The notes under the pieces: model-generated
Databases searched by the model: none
The model's input: the letters and a program-made list of their open reading frames with translations, nothing else
What the model was told of the DNA's origin: nothing
Translations under genes and position numbers: made by a program
Part shown: piece by piece, positions 22,442-32,758 of the stretch
Layout: every line of letters begins with the position of its first letter
How positions within the stretch are numbered: the stretch's first letter is position 1
Source of the DNA: Savitreella phatthalungensis
Taxonomy: Eukaryota
DNA length: 64,000 nt
Assembly: GCA_051599415.1 (NCBI GenBank)
Contig: AP039699.1
Location: forward strand, 124,001 to 188,000
Reading direction: 5' to 3'

Positions 22442-23500
22442 ATGTCTAAAGGAAACATCGCAGCGGTCTATGACAAGCCAGGAGAAGTATCAATCTCGAT
22501 CGAGGACAGGGAGATTCCGAGTCCAGGTCACGGGCAGGTGCTGGTGGAGATCTCCCACTCTGGCGTCTGTCACTCGGACTACCACCTGATGACGAACGAC
22601 TGGCCGTGGATGGCAGGTGCGGTCGTTCCCGGCAGAGTTGGCGGTCACGAAGGTGTGGGGATCGTCCGTAAGCTGGGAGAGGGTGTGGTGGCTGTGAAGG
22701 AAGGCGACTCTGTAGGGATCAAGTGGCTGGCAGGCGTGTGTCTGTCGTGCGAGCTCTGTCTGGCAGGCAAGGACCCCTGGTGCGCATCCCAGCAGGTCTC
22801 AGGAGGCAACGTCGACGGAACCTTCCAGCGATACTCCCTCCAAGACGCCAAGTACCTAACACCAATCCCAGCAGGATGCAGGCCAGAGGAAGCATCCGTC
22901 ATGCTCTGTGCAGGCGTCACCATCTACGCAGCCATCAAGAAGTGCAAGCTCCCACCGGGCGCCTGGCTGGCCATCTCGGGTGCAGGAGGAGGTCTCGGTC
23001 ACCTGGGAATTCAGTTTGGCCGGGCGATGGGTTTGCGGGTGGTGGCGATCGATGGTGGGTCGGAGAAGGAGAAGCTGTGCAAGTCGCTCGGTGCAGAGGT
23101 GTTTATCGACTTTACAAAGACGCAGGACGTGCCTGCGGCAGTGACCCAGGCTACCGACGGTCTCGGCGCCAACGCCGTCGTTGTCGCCAATGCAGCAGCC
23201 TCAGCCTACAAGGCCGCCCCACAACTCGTCCGTCTAGGCGGTACGGTCATGTGCGTCGGCATCCCAGGACAACCTACACCGCTAGACGTCGATGCGGCCT
23301 CTGTCATCCTCAAGGATCTCCACATTGGCGGCTCAGCCGTAGGCACTCGTATCGAAGCCATCGAGTGCATGGCATACCTCGCAAGGGGACAAGTCAAACC
23401 AATCATCAAGGTACACAAGCTGAACGACCTAGCTCAGATCTTCCAGGACATGGCCAAGGGTGAGATCGCAGGCCGCACAGTCGTCGAGATCTCTGCCTGA
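22442..23500 (+). CDS. Zinc-dependent alcohol dehydrogenase (yeast ADH type)
   Basis: GVCHSD, GHEG, structural Zn site CLSCELC..C, LCAGVT, GAGGGLG, VAIDGG. First ATG is at 22442. Confidence 0.95.
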   Translation: MSKGNIAAVYDKPGEVSISIEDREIPSPGHGQVLVEISHSGVCHSDYHLMTNDWPWMAGAVVPGRVGGHEGVGIVRKLGEGVVAVKEGDSVGIKWLAGVCLSCELCLAGKDPWCASQQVSGGNVDGTFQRYSLQDAKYLTPIPAGCRPEEASVMLCAGVTIYAAIKKCKLPPGAWLAISGAGGGLGHLGIQFGRAMGLRVVAIDGGSEKEKLCKSLGAEVFIDFTKTQDVPAAVTQATDGLGANAVVVANAAASAYKAAPQLVRLGGTVMCVGIPGQPTPLDVDAASVILKDLHIGGSAVGTRIEAIECMAYLARGQVKPIIKVHKLNDLAQIFQDMAKGEIAGRTVVEISA

Positions 23501-24836
23501 GCCTGAAACGATCTGTGAAATCCAGTGGCGTGAACTCCACTCTCTCGTCCTACGCACCTGTGCATCTCCAAATCTGCAGACCTGATGCATGCCATCACCA
23601 GCTCAAGCACACACATACACGCATACAGAGGATGTATACACGAGCTGCAGCAGTACGATGGATATGCAGTCATGGATGATTCGGATTCTGGTTTGGTCAA
23701 TTTGTTTTCTTCTCTTTTCGTAGCTCAATCATTAACCTCATGTCTCAAAAATAATAAAGGTCAAGTGAAAATACAAATTAAGAAAAGGCTGAAGATCCGA
23801 GAGTATGCATCCACATCCACTTCCACATCCACATCCACATCCCCTTCTATATGCACTCCCACGTACGTGCACTTGCACAGGCACTCTCTCTTATGAGAGG
23901 GCTTCCATTACCCTTTTGACTCAGATCGGATGATTTCACCTCTGGCAAAAGTAGAATACACTATATACTATGAATCAGAAATCGATCATCTATCAACTTC
24001 TTCGTGACCTTCTCATCACAAAGAAGAAAGAGTTCGTGTCACTGTGAGTGAGACATCGATTGTGCTTTATTCGTTTTCTCCATCCTGAGACATGTTGTGG
24101 TGCGATTCTTTTCCAGCGAGAGAATCACCATATCCTCCCCACAAATTCTCCCTGAGTGAGACTTTCTTGAGCCCATTGAAACATCTCTGTCGTGTGACGT
24201 TTCACTAGAAATCCAGCGAATAAAGAAGGAAATCTCCTAGACTTCTTTGTCAAAAGCTAGACAGTACTGGCACCATTACCAGTACAATTATATCCATTTA
24301 TCAGACATGCATCCAATTCCTTTCTTCTCCAGGTCTCTCAGCGAGGCCTTTGCTGACCTGAAAAGACGGAATAGTCGAATTGGAATATCTATTCTTGTAA
24401 AATTTACTTGGTTTTTGTTCTTCTGCCTGCAATGCTATCACCGGCTAATTTCCAACGCCAATTTCAAGAGTCTCCATTCTCACCCTCGACAGCTGTAACC
24501 AAAGGAAATGGCTCCAATCAAGCAGAGAGTGAAATCTGATGGACATTTACCATGTTTAAGAGAGGATGTTCATGTGAACAACAGGGAAAGGCTAAATGGT
24601 TCATCATCGAGAATCATCCATTTAGCTGCAGATGAATCAATTGAAAAAATAATTCGAATTCAGATCGCTCTTGTAGGCTCAATCTGGGCCAGGTGATTGA
24701 ATCATTAGGCGGTCGAAACCGTTGCAACCGTCAACCTGCATCCCAAACTTCCCAAACTGACGGTCGTTCAAATTCTAGTGGAGTGTGAATCCTGAACCTG
24801 ATGCCCGTATATTTCTCATCTGGGCTATCCCGTGCA

Positions 24837-24930
24837 AGTGAGTGAGTGAGTGAGTGAGTGAGTGACATTATTGATACCACCAATCTGTCTACTCATCCAC
24901 TCATCCACTCATCCACTCATCCACTCATCC
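24837..24930. repeat. (AGTG)x7 at 24837-24864 followed by (ACTCATCC)x5 at 24891-24930
   Basis: Directly visible tandem repeats. Confidence 0.9.
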
Positions 24931-25857
24931 ATCCTATGTACACGGATCATCCATCTTCCCGACACTTTTAAGGTTTCCATCTCTCATCGACCCAATCTAC
25001 AGTAGAAGAAAAAAAGCTTGTGGATTTCTTGACAGGTCTGTCCCTTCATCACCACAATCTTACCTTTGCTGATCCATACCATCTTCATAGTCTAGACCTG
25101 CATGGGTATCGACGTAAGCCTTGGAAGTGAATACGAATCTGTCAATCTCCCGGGAAATGACCTTCCGAGATCATCAACAACAGCCATCACCGCAATCTTC
25201 CTTTCTGCGGGAGTAACAGAAACCGTTGAACCTGTTGGGCTGTCAAATCATCACACAGACCCAATTCACTGGTTCCCATCTGAGACATCCACAAACAATG
25301 CCATGTCTCAGATTCTGTGTGGAGCCCGCGAGTCAACAGCCAAAACCTTTGTCACGTCACCAATTCCACTCACAACAGCCCTGCGCTTTCCACACTGACG
25401 GGCGCAAGATCTATGGTGTACCTGCATGGAGTGAATTAAATCAACCACAGATGATACTGCTCTTCCCTTGTCTGCCGCCTGTCTCTGCACTTGACGATCT
25501 TCCACTTCGCCTCCATCATAACTGCAGTCGGCATGACCGGCATCCAGATCACTTCCGAACGAGAAAGAGAGAGAGCCACGGGTCGCAAGCCCTAGCCGTT
25601 GCCACCTTGTAACGTCGGACCTGCCAAATTTGACTGCTAAGCCTGGCCACGCCTTCCATTTCCTGACCTTGGACTGGCTCTCTCGGGGCCGACTACTTTG
25701 ACATGCAGCTAGACTTTACTTGAAAGTGTTCTCGAGCGCTCTCCACAATCCACTTCGCCCCTGTCACAGTATATATGGGCCATCACGTCCCCGCCCATGT
25801 CTTCATCTCTCCACCGGCTTCAACAATTCCCCTTTCCCAAGTGTCCTCTAGACTACC

Positions 25858-27363
25858 ATGGCGTCAGTTGTCCCAGTTGTCGCGCCAACCTACCTTGGCT
25901 GCTACCAGGACTACTTTGTCCAGACGGACTACTACAACACCCAGGACCGCATTGCCAATGGCTCTGTTGCATACCCTATGGTCAACCCGAACAACTACAA
26001 CCTCGACAACAACACGCCTCTCCAGTGCGCCTTGTTCTGCCAGCGGCTCGGTTTCACCATTGCCGGCGTCGAGTACGGCAAGGAGTGCTACTGTGGCAAC
26101 GTGAACGACCCGTCCGCGCCACGACCACAGACCATCACTCGCAGACTCGAGCCGATCGATGACAGCAACTGCATGGTCGACTACGGCTACAACCAGTGCT
26201 CCGGCGACGCCAACCAGGTCTGCGGTGGCAACAACCAGATCGCCTTCTACACCCTGTCAACCGTGTCCAAGAACGCCTTTGTCAGTGCGAACGATCAGAC
26301 CTTCCCGCTCGCAGCCTCCTCTTCTGCATCCTCCTCGGCCGCCTCATCCACAGCCTCCTCCTCTGCAGCTTCATCCTCATCGTCGTTGTCCGTATCAGTA
26401 TCGACCCCTGCATCAATCTCCAGTTCAGCAGCTGCATCGTCCTCATCATCCGTCTCGTCCACTGCTTCTGCACCTGCAGCTTCGTCTAGCTCAACATCAG
26501 ACTCGGCATCATCAAGCGCACCAATCTCGTCATCTGCGCCTGCATCTGGGGCTACCTCGTCATCCCTCAGCGTCAGCGTGGGCACCGGAACTGTCCTCCC
26601 GATCTCGACTTCCGTCTCATCATCATCCATCCCAGCCGCCACATCCTCGTCCGTAGCACCACCCTCCAACAGTGCCAGCCCATCACTCCCCTCTGCAGCC
26701 TCATCTTCCTTCTTCATCCCACCCTTCTCGAACTCGACCGGCTCCACAACCACGACCTCGACTTCCGCCACCCTCGGAGGCGCTTCCGGTTCCACCACCA
26801 CCACCGTCCTCCTCACAACCACCACCGCCGCCACTACTGGCACAGGTGCAGGCACCATCACTCCCATCACCACGGCCCCCACGACGACTACCCGCTCCAC
26901 CACCACCACCGCCACTACCGGCACAGGTGCAGGCACCATCACTCCCATCATCACCAACCCTACGACGACTACCCGCACAACCACCACAACGGCTCCCCTC
27001 TCATCAACAACAACGACTGGGCCAGGTGCACGAACGACCACAAACACCGGTACCATACGCACTGGCTCGCCAGCGACGACGACCACCCTCACTCGGACGA
27101 CGATCCGGGTGACTGGAATTCCGGTCGGTGTGAACAACGTCCCTGGTACGAGAACGACGACGGTAGGGACGACCGGTGTGGCTGTGACTGTGCGACCTGG
27201 GACGACGACGGCGACGAGATCTGTATCAAGCGTGACAACATCGACTGGTACGGGTATCGTTCTGCCTGCCAACAGATCCAACGATGGATCTTCGATGAGC
27301 GGAAACGCCTACAAGCTCACGGTGATAGGAGCACTCACGGGGCTCCTGGCACTCGCGATGTAA
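25858..27363 (+). CDS. WSC-domain protein with Ser/Thr-rich stalk and hydrophobic C-terminus (GPI-like signal)
   Basis: YLGCYQD..CALFC..AGVEYGKECYCGN..C..CSGD..CGG WSC cysteine pattern; C-terminal LTVIGALTGLLALAM. Confidence 0.9.
   Translation: MASVVPVVAPTYLGCYQDYFVQTDYYNTQDRIANGSVAYPMVNPNNYNLDNNTPLQCALFCQRLGFTIAGVEYGKECYCGNVNDPSAPRPQTITRRLEPIDDSNCMVDYGYNQCSGDANQVCGGNNQIAFYTLSTVSKNAFVSANDQTFPLAASSSASSSAASSTASSSAASSSSSLSVSVSTPASISSSAAASSSSSVSSTASAPAASSSSTSDSASSSAPISSSAPASGATSSSLSVSVGTGTVLPISTSVSSSSIPAATSSSVAPPSNSASPSLPSAASSSFFIPPFSNSTGSTTTTSTSATLGGASGSTTTTVLLTTTTAATTGTGAGTITPITTAPTTTTRSTTTTATTGTGAGTITPIITNPTTTTRTTTTTAPLSSTTTTGPGARTTTNTGTIRTGSPATTTTLTRTTIRVTGIPVGVNNVPGTRTTTVGTTGVAVTVRPGTTTATRSVSSVTTSTGTGIVLPANRSNDGSSMSGNAYKLTVIGALTGLLALAM
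26821..26980 (+). repeat. About 81-bp intragenic tandem duplication encoding TTTATTGTGAGTITPI
   Basis: ccactac(t/c)ggcacaggtgcaggcaccatcactcccatca occurs at 26831 and 26912. Confidence 0.85.
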
Positions 27364-27487
27364 AAGGATAGCTTGCTATAAGCTCATACAACCACCATCT
27401 AGACATCTCTCTAATGAAATCTACTGCCATGTGATGAATAAGGTTCTTGTCATATCGAAAGTCTATCTAAGTGTTTGTAAGGCTTTT

Positions 27488-29440
27488 TTAGAAGCGAGAG
27501 AGATCTCTTCCCCAGATAGCTCTCTTTGCCCAATCGATTGCGATGAGAAGTCTCGATCTGAGAGAGACGGTCTCTGACCAGTAGACTGATCGCCAGGCGT
27601 ACATGGCAATAAGTCCGCCTGTGAGTGTGTACCCTCCAGGGAGATCGCCAACGGCTGCATTGCCCAAGTACGCCAGCGATCCAAGGTGGTTGTACCTGAA
27701 TCGCTTGTACACAGCGCTGTCGACATCACCGTCGACAATCTCGTTCAGGGCGAATGAGTCCTTGGCTCTGTGGAGGGCGTTGAGCTTGTTGGCGAGGTAG
27801 TTGCCTTGCTGATGGGCTCGCTGAGCGGTCGCCGGTAGGGATGTCAGTTTCTTATCGATTCCTTCGAGTAGAGACTTGAGCTCAGACAGCGAGAGCACGC
27901 CGTTGTGGTCGAGGTCGTGCTTGTCAAATAGCCGGTCGAGCGCAGTCAGGTGGTCAGACGCCTGTGGGAACGCCTTCTTGATCCGAACAGCCATCTTGTC
28001 GAGCTCCTCACGCGTCACCGTTAACTCCTCACCACGGTCGACCTGGTGCCGCTGCTCATCCTCGACGAAATCGAGCACGTGCTCAGTCACGTTGTTTTGC
28101 ACAGTCGAGCAGTCTCCAATGGCGTACACGTCCCCGAGCGGGGTCCCGACCACGCGAAGATGTGGGTCCGTCTCCAATGCATGTCTGTTGGTCTGTACGG
28201 GGATCTGCGAGCGGATGTGTTCGGTGATCGGAGCTAGGGAGACGCCTGTTGACCACAGGCAAAGGCCATACGGCAGCTCTTTGGTCACGGTCTTGCCGTC
28301 AGACATTTTCTGCGAGAAGACTACCTTGTCCTTCTCGACCTTTTGTACGCGTGCATTTACCTCCACGTTCACGTAGTTCTTCGCGAATCTCGACTCTGCG
28401 TACTGCGAGATAGTTTTGTCGTAAGTGTTGAGGATGTGGTCGCGGGACTGGATCACGTGGACGGAGACCTCGTTCCGCAGGATCTTCGGAAAGTACTCGC
28501 ACATGTCCTCGTTCACCATGTCGTACAGCTCTGCCGCAAACTCAACGCCAGTCGGACCGCCACCGCAGACGACAAACGACAGCAACCGCTTGCGCTCTTC
28601 ATCCGTTGTCGTCGGCATACAGGCCTTCTCAAAGTTGTCCATTACCTGAGCGCGGATCTTTATACAGTCATTCGTGGTCTTGAGGAAGCGGCAGTGCTCT
28701 ATGCCATCGACACCGTGTGTGTTCTGAGCTGCACCCACAGACAAGATCAGCTTGTCATACGGCACGTAGAACCGTCGTGGCTCCTTACCATTACTGCATT
28801 GGGGTGACTCCACGACCTCGATCAGCTTGTTAGCAAAGTCAACAGTCTCTGCAGAGGCTTCCAGGTAGTGACCGCGGATCCGTCGGATGATCTTCCGAAT
28901 TGGCTCAACGATCGACCGAATCTCAACCGTGCCCACGCACGCAGACGGCAGCAAAGGTGTGAAGAGGAAGTAGTTGGATGGAGAGATGACAGTGACGTCG
29001 TATGCGTCAGGATTCAGTCTCGAGATCACACTGACAGCACCCCAGCCACTTCCAAGAATGACGAGCTTCTCTCTTCCGTGAGGCTTTGCGTCACCGTCTT
29101 CGTACTCGTCGATCATCTCTTCTGCGATCGGGAGGTTCTTCGGACCGCCTCGATTGGGCGTCAGCGCAAGTGATGGCACTGCTACTGCATTTCGAGCGTG
29201 CTCGACATAGGTCATCGAGTCGTAAGCAAAAAAGCCAGCAACGATCACTGCAAATCCGATCGTCGTGATACCGCAGTACTTGACCGTCCCATACGCCAGC
29301 CGCTGGAGTCTCCCTGGGCCAGGCGAGGGATGTACGCTAGCGACTCCGCGAGAGACCACCCCGGAGCGAGGTGGACTGGACGATAGACCATGATGACGAA
29401 AGGTCGACCGACTGGTAGCCCTGAAGGCGCTTCTCAGCAT
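27488..29440 (-). CDS. NDE1: Mitochondrial type II (external alternative) NAD(P)H dehydrogenase with EF-hand insertion
   Basis: Presequence; ILGSGWG; FTPLLPS; VCGGGPTGVEFAAEL; AIGDC; EF-loop DLDHNGVLSLSE; LPATAQRAHQQG. Confidence 0.93.
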   Translation of the reverse strand: MLRSAFRATSRSTFRHHGLSSSPPRSGVVSRGVASVHPSPGPGRLQRLAYGTVKYCGITTIGFAVIVAGFFAYDSMTYVEHARNAVAVPSLALTPNRGGPKNLPIAEEMIDEYEDGDAKPHGREKLVILGSGWGAVSVISRLNPDAYDVTVISPSNYFLFTPLLPSACVGTVEIRSIVEPIRKIIRRIRGHYLEASAETVDFANKLIEVVESPQCSNGKEPRRFYVPYDKLILSVGAAQNTHGVDGIEHCRFLKTTNDCIKIRAQVMDNFEKACMPTTTDEERKRLLSFVVCGGGPTGVEFAAELYDMVNEDMCEYFPKILRNEVSVHVIQSRDHILNTYDKTISQYAESRFAKNYVNVEVNARVQKVEKDKVVFSQKMSDGKTVTKELPYGLCLWSTGVSLAPITEHIRSQIPVQTNRHALETDPHLRVVGTPLGDVYAIGDCSTVQNNVTEHVLDFVEDEQRHQVDRGEELTVTREELDKMAVRIKKAFPQASDHLTALDRLFDKHDLDHNGVLSLSELKSLLEGIDKKLTSLPATAQRAHQQGNYLANKLNALHRAKDSFALNEIVDGDVDSAVYKRFRYNHLGSLAYLGNAAVGDLPGGYTLTGGLIAMYAWRSVYWSETVSLRSRLLIAIDWAKRAIWGRDLSRF

Positions 29441-29894
29441 CCCTTCCTAGCACCGACCGGCTCTGGACTTCCTGAACAATGCTGTCGCTCTGATTGTCGA
29501 CTTTGAGTACTCGTTTGCAGGAGGGAAGGTGGGCTGCACTCAGCGATGTACCGCCTTATCTTTTATGTCTTCAGACTCGGTGGTCGGTGACGTCGATTGG
29601 CGAGTGTACATTCAGCGTAACATGTACGTGTGATTTGACCTGCTCCAGATTGACAGTTGAGCTTTTGAATTAGCTGCAGATAAAAGTTGCCGAGCACATA
29701 TGCACATATGGGTTGCCTAGGCTCGGCATGATAAATGCTCCGAGTGAAAGCACGTGAGAAAGAGTTCTTCTTCAGATATGCCCTGGTAGAGTTTGTCTAT
29801 AGGTACATAAGAAATACATATCCTCGTCTTGGCTAGCACTGTAGCTACATCGTGTGCTATTAAGTGGAGAGTACATGGGGAAACAGTACATGAT

Positions 29895-31820
29895 CTAGTG
29901 ACGTCGACGCTTCGGATCCCGCTCACGATCACCCTGACCGCGTCGACGTTCGAGAACTTTGTCCATGGCCTTTGTCTTGACAAATCGTGGATTCGTGGGA
30001 TCGATGGCGAAGTGATGATTGTCTGTATCGAAGGCTGCAGCAAATCGTGGATCGGCAACGTCAATGTCAAAGTCATCTTGAAGGCCTTCCATCTTGCTGA
30101 CCTTGTCACGAGCGCGCTTGGCAAATTTGCCTTTCTTTCCAGCAGTCTTCTCCGCCTTCAGAATGGTCTTCATGTCGAAGTGGGATTTCTGCTTTCCATC
30201 AACATCCTCATCGTCATCCATGAGTAATTCTAGCTCAGCTTTCTTCTGATCGTCCAGCTCCTTGTTCTTCCGCTTCTCTTCCTGCCTTTGCTGCTTCTCC
30301 TTCTTCTCGACTGCAGACTTGCTCGATGGCGTATCGTCAAAGAATGGATCATCGAATCCGAGATCTGGCTTTGCCTCTTCTTCGACCTCGAGTCCCTTGC
30401 GCTCCTTCTTCTTTTGCCGACGCTCTTTCTGCTTTCGCTGGTACTTCTCAAGCGTCGTCTCCTCTTCAGGGTCTTTCTCAACCACGTTCGCCTTCTTGTT
30501 CGAGAGTCCCGGGGCAAAAGTGACCTGCATATTGCCTGTTGGTTTGCTAGAAAACGCCCCGCCACCGTCCTCTTCCCCGTCTGATCCATCCTCGCCAGCA
30601 AGCAGAGCTCTCCACTTGCTACGCCGCTGCTCTTTGTCGTCCTCCTCTTCCTCGCTATCGCTCGCCAGATACGCCTTCAACTCCATGTCGTCAATCTCTG
30701 CGCGCGAGAATGCTTTTTTGGCAAACTGCTGGCGCTTGGGATCGTCGGCGTCCCAGGTCAATTTGACCTTCGAGTGCTGCAATGCATCTGTGACAAACTC
30801 GTTCGGCTCGTACGTCTCGGGCGGTCTGTCACAGCTGTCAGTGACATCGTCCTCGTCAAACGTCGTGTCGTCAGGAATGAATCGCAGGTCGAAGAAATTC
30901 GCAGAACTCTCGTACTCTGCACCGTCGCAACTGTTGTAGATGTGTCTGGCAGTTGCGACAGAATCACATTCCACAACTGCATAGTAGTATCGCAGTCGTT
31001 CTAGCTGATACTTGCGCAGCTTGTTCATATCGAACTCCTCGCCGAGAGACTCCTTGACAATCGAAGCAGCGTTGATAGGCCGATCTTCGTCATCCTGCTC
31101 GTTGCCTGCTGCTTTGAAAATGTCGGACGGCGGTCCTGCCGCATCCTCATTTGCCATGCGCTCTTTGCCGAACTCCGATGGATAGATCTTGACAGAAAGA
31201 ACAGAACCCGCGGCCGGTTTGAAAGAGCCCATTGCCATGTACAAATCCTCGGCATCGAGATTGTCCCAATCGAGATTGACAATGGCGAATCGGCGGGTCA
31301 CATCACCTCTCGGGATATTCTCGCGATCTGGCTCTGGGTCGGCAAGATCACGGCCATCCACGGGAATGTCGTCTGGCAGATCTTCTTCTTCGTCAGATGA
31401 ATCTTCTACACCTTCGCCTCTCGCTGGATCATATCGCGGCTTCACCTCTTCGTCCTCTTCTTCGCCATCTTCGTCCTCATCGCCATCTGAGTCTTCGTGC
31501 AGGCCAACATCTCTTGTTGCTTCTTCCTCTTCGTCCTCATCGTCTTCAACATCGTAAAGTCCCTTGAGCCGTGCAGCATCTTTGTCCTCATGAATTCGAC
31601 GACCGTACTTATCTACACGAGCGGTCTGCTTGAAGTCCTTGTCCTTGAGAACTCCCTTGAATCTGCTGTCGAGCTTGAGCTTGCGGTCTTGCTTTTTAGG
31701 TCTGTGGAATCGTGGATCACTGGCAAGGGAAGCGAATCGAGCATCACTGGCCGAGCTGTTACTTGTACCGTTATGGCCGCGGCTGCCGCCTGCCTTCTTC
31801 CTGTCCTCGCCGCGCGCCAT
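29895..31820 (-). CDS. ESF1: Pre-rRNA processing protein Esf1
   Basis: DARFASLASDPRF, VNLDWD, YPSEFGKERM, LRKYQLERLRYYYAV, FFDLRFIPD, TWDADD and NUC153-like DPRF..FAIDPT. Likely start is MARGEDRKK at 31820. Confidence 0.94.
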   Translation of the reverse strand: MARGEDRKKAGGSRGHNGTSNSSASDARFASLASDPRFHRPKKQDRKLKLDSRFKGVLKDKDFKQTARVDKYGRRIHEDKDAARLKGLYDVEDDEDEEEEATRDVGLHEDSDGDEDEDGEEEDEEVKPRYDPARGEGVEDSSDEEEDLPDDIPVDGRDLADPEPDRENIPRGDVTRRFAIVNLDWDNLDAEDLYMAMGSFKPAAGSVLSVKIYPSEFGKERMANEDAAGPPSDIFKAAGNEQDDEDRPINAASIVKESLGEEFDMNKLRKYQLERLRYYYAVVECDSVATARHIYNSCDGAEYESSANFFDLRFIPDDTTFDEDDVTDSCDRPPETYEPNEFVTDALQHSKVKLTWDADDPKRQQFAKKAFSRAEIDDMELKAYLASDSEEEEDDKEQRRSKWRALLAGEDGSDGEEDGGGAFSSKPTGNMQVTFAPGLSNKKANVVEKDPEEETTLEKYQRKQKERRQKKKERKGLEVEEEAKPDLGFDDPFFDDTPSSKSAVEKKEKQQRQEEKRKNKELDDQKKAELELLMDDDEDVDGKQKSHFDMKTILKAEKTAGKKGKFAKRARDKVSKMEGLQDDFDIDVADPRFAAAFDTDNHHFAIDPTNPRFVKTKAMDKVLERRRGQGDRERDPKRRRH

Positions 31821-32758
31821 GAAGACTGCCCCGGAACAAGTGGAATAGGACAATGCTCGAGATAGCTTGACTTTGAGAGCGAGAGAAAGAGTGTGTAGGT
31901 GAGAGAGGAGCTCGAAGGCGTGCCTGGAATGGTCAAGTAAAGAGATGGACTCAGATTGATCAGGGCTTTGTGCGTTTGTGATCAAATTGTGCATGTGAAT
32001 GAATGGATTTTCAGTAAAGTACTGTACGTACCTAGCTAGGCAACGTGTCCGCGTACGATTTGTCCACTCGAGTTCCGGGCAGTGTAAGGTTGAGTCTAAG
32101 ATTTTATAGCCCTCACTATAATATCCATAGAGCAATTCAAGCGATGGATTAATGATCTGCACTGGCTCATGTGTGCGTCTACCACTGAGCTAGGTCCTAC
32201 CGAACTTCGACAGAGGACGAGTCCATGCCTGCAGCTCACAGAAGATTGAAGAAGTGTCAAGGTGACGATGCATTGTTCCGAATCCGCCTTCTGCCCGCTG
32301 AGTCATCCTTCACCGCAGGCAGGAGGAGGATTTGCTAAACTTGATTGAGTGCCAACGGCGCTAGAAGCAGATCAGTAGTCTTTTCACCTTCAAACTGTCC
32401 CCTACGCAGCATGAATAACAATCGGTCGCATCTTGTGGATCTAGTTGTTCCAACGGGTTCAGAAGAGTAAGTCACGTTGACTTGATAGCAGATCACGGCC
32501 ACTGACGTGGTTCTCAAGTGCAACAGTCATCCGATCAGCCAAGCACATATAATTGAGTTGACTGATGATTCGAGACCCTTCCACGCGAAAGCTTCGTGTC
32601 AACTTGTTCCTCATTCCTACGTACGTCCGCATGTCTCAGCTCTGAGATTCATTGTCGTCATTCTCCTCGTGTGTATCGCTGCGCTGGTAGCCTTTCATTT
32701 ACCTAGCTGCGATGTACCGAGGCAATATCGGGTCATGTCTTAGTGATGCCCGATTGAT

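Noticed and set aside
26295..27281. 328-aa Val-rich antisense ORF
   Set aside because: Mirror of the Thr/Ser-rich codons of the WSC gene.
31821..32162. 114-codon in-frame extension upstream of ESF1
   Set aside because: Non-ATG start, no Esf1-like sequence, and it overlaps the probable promoter or UTR.
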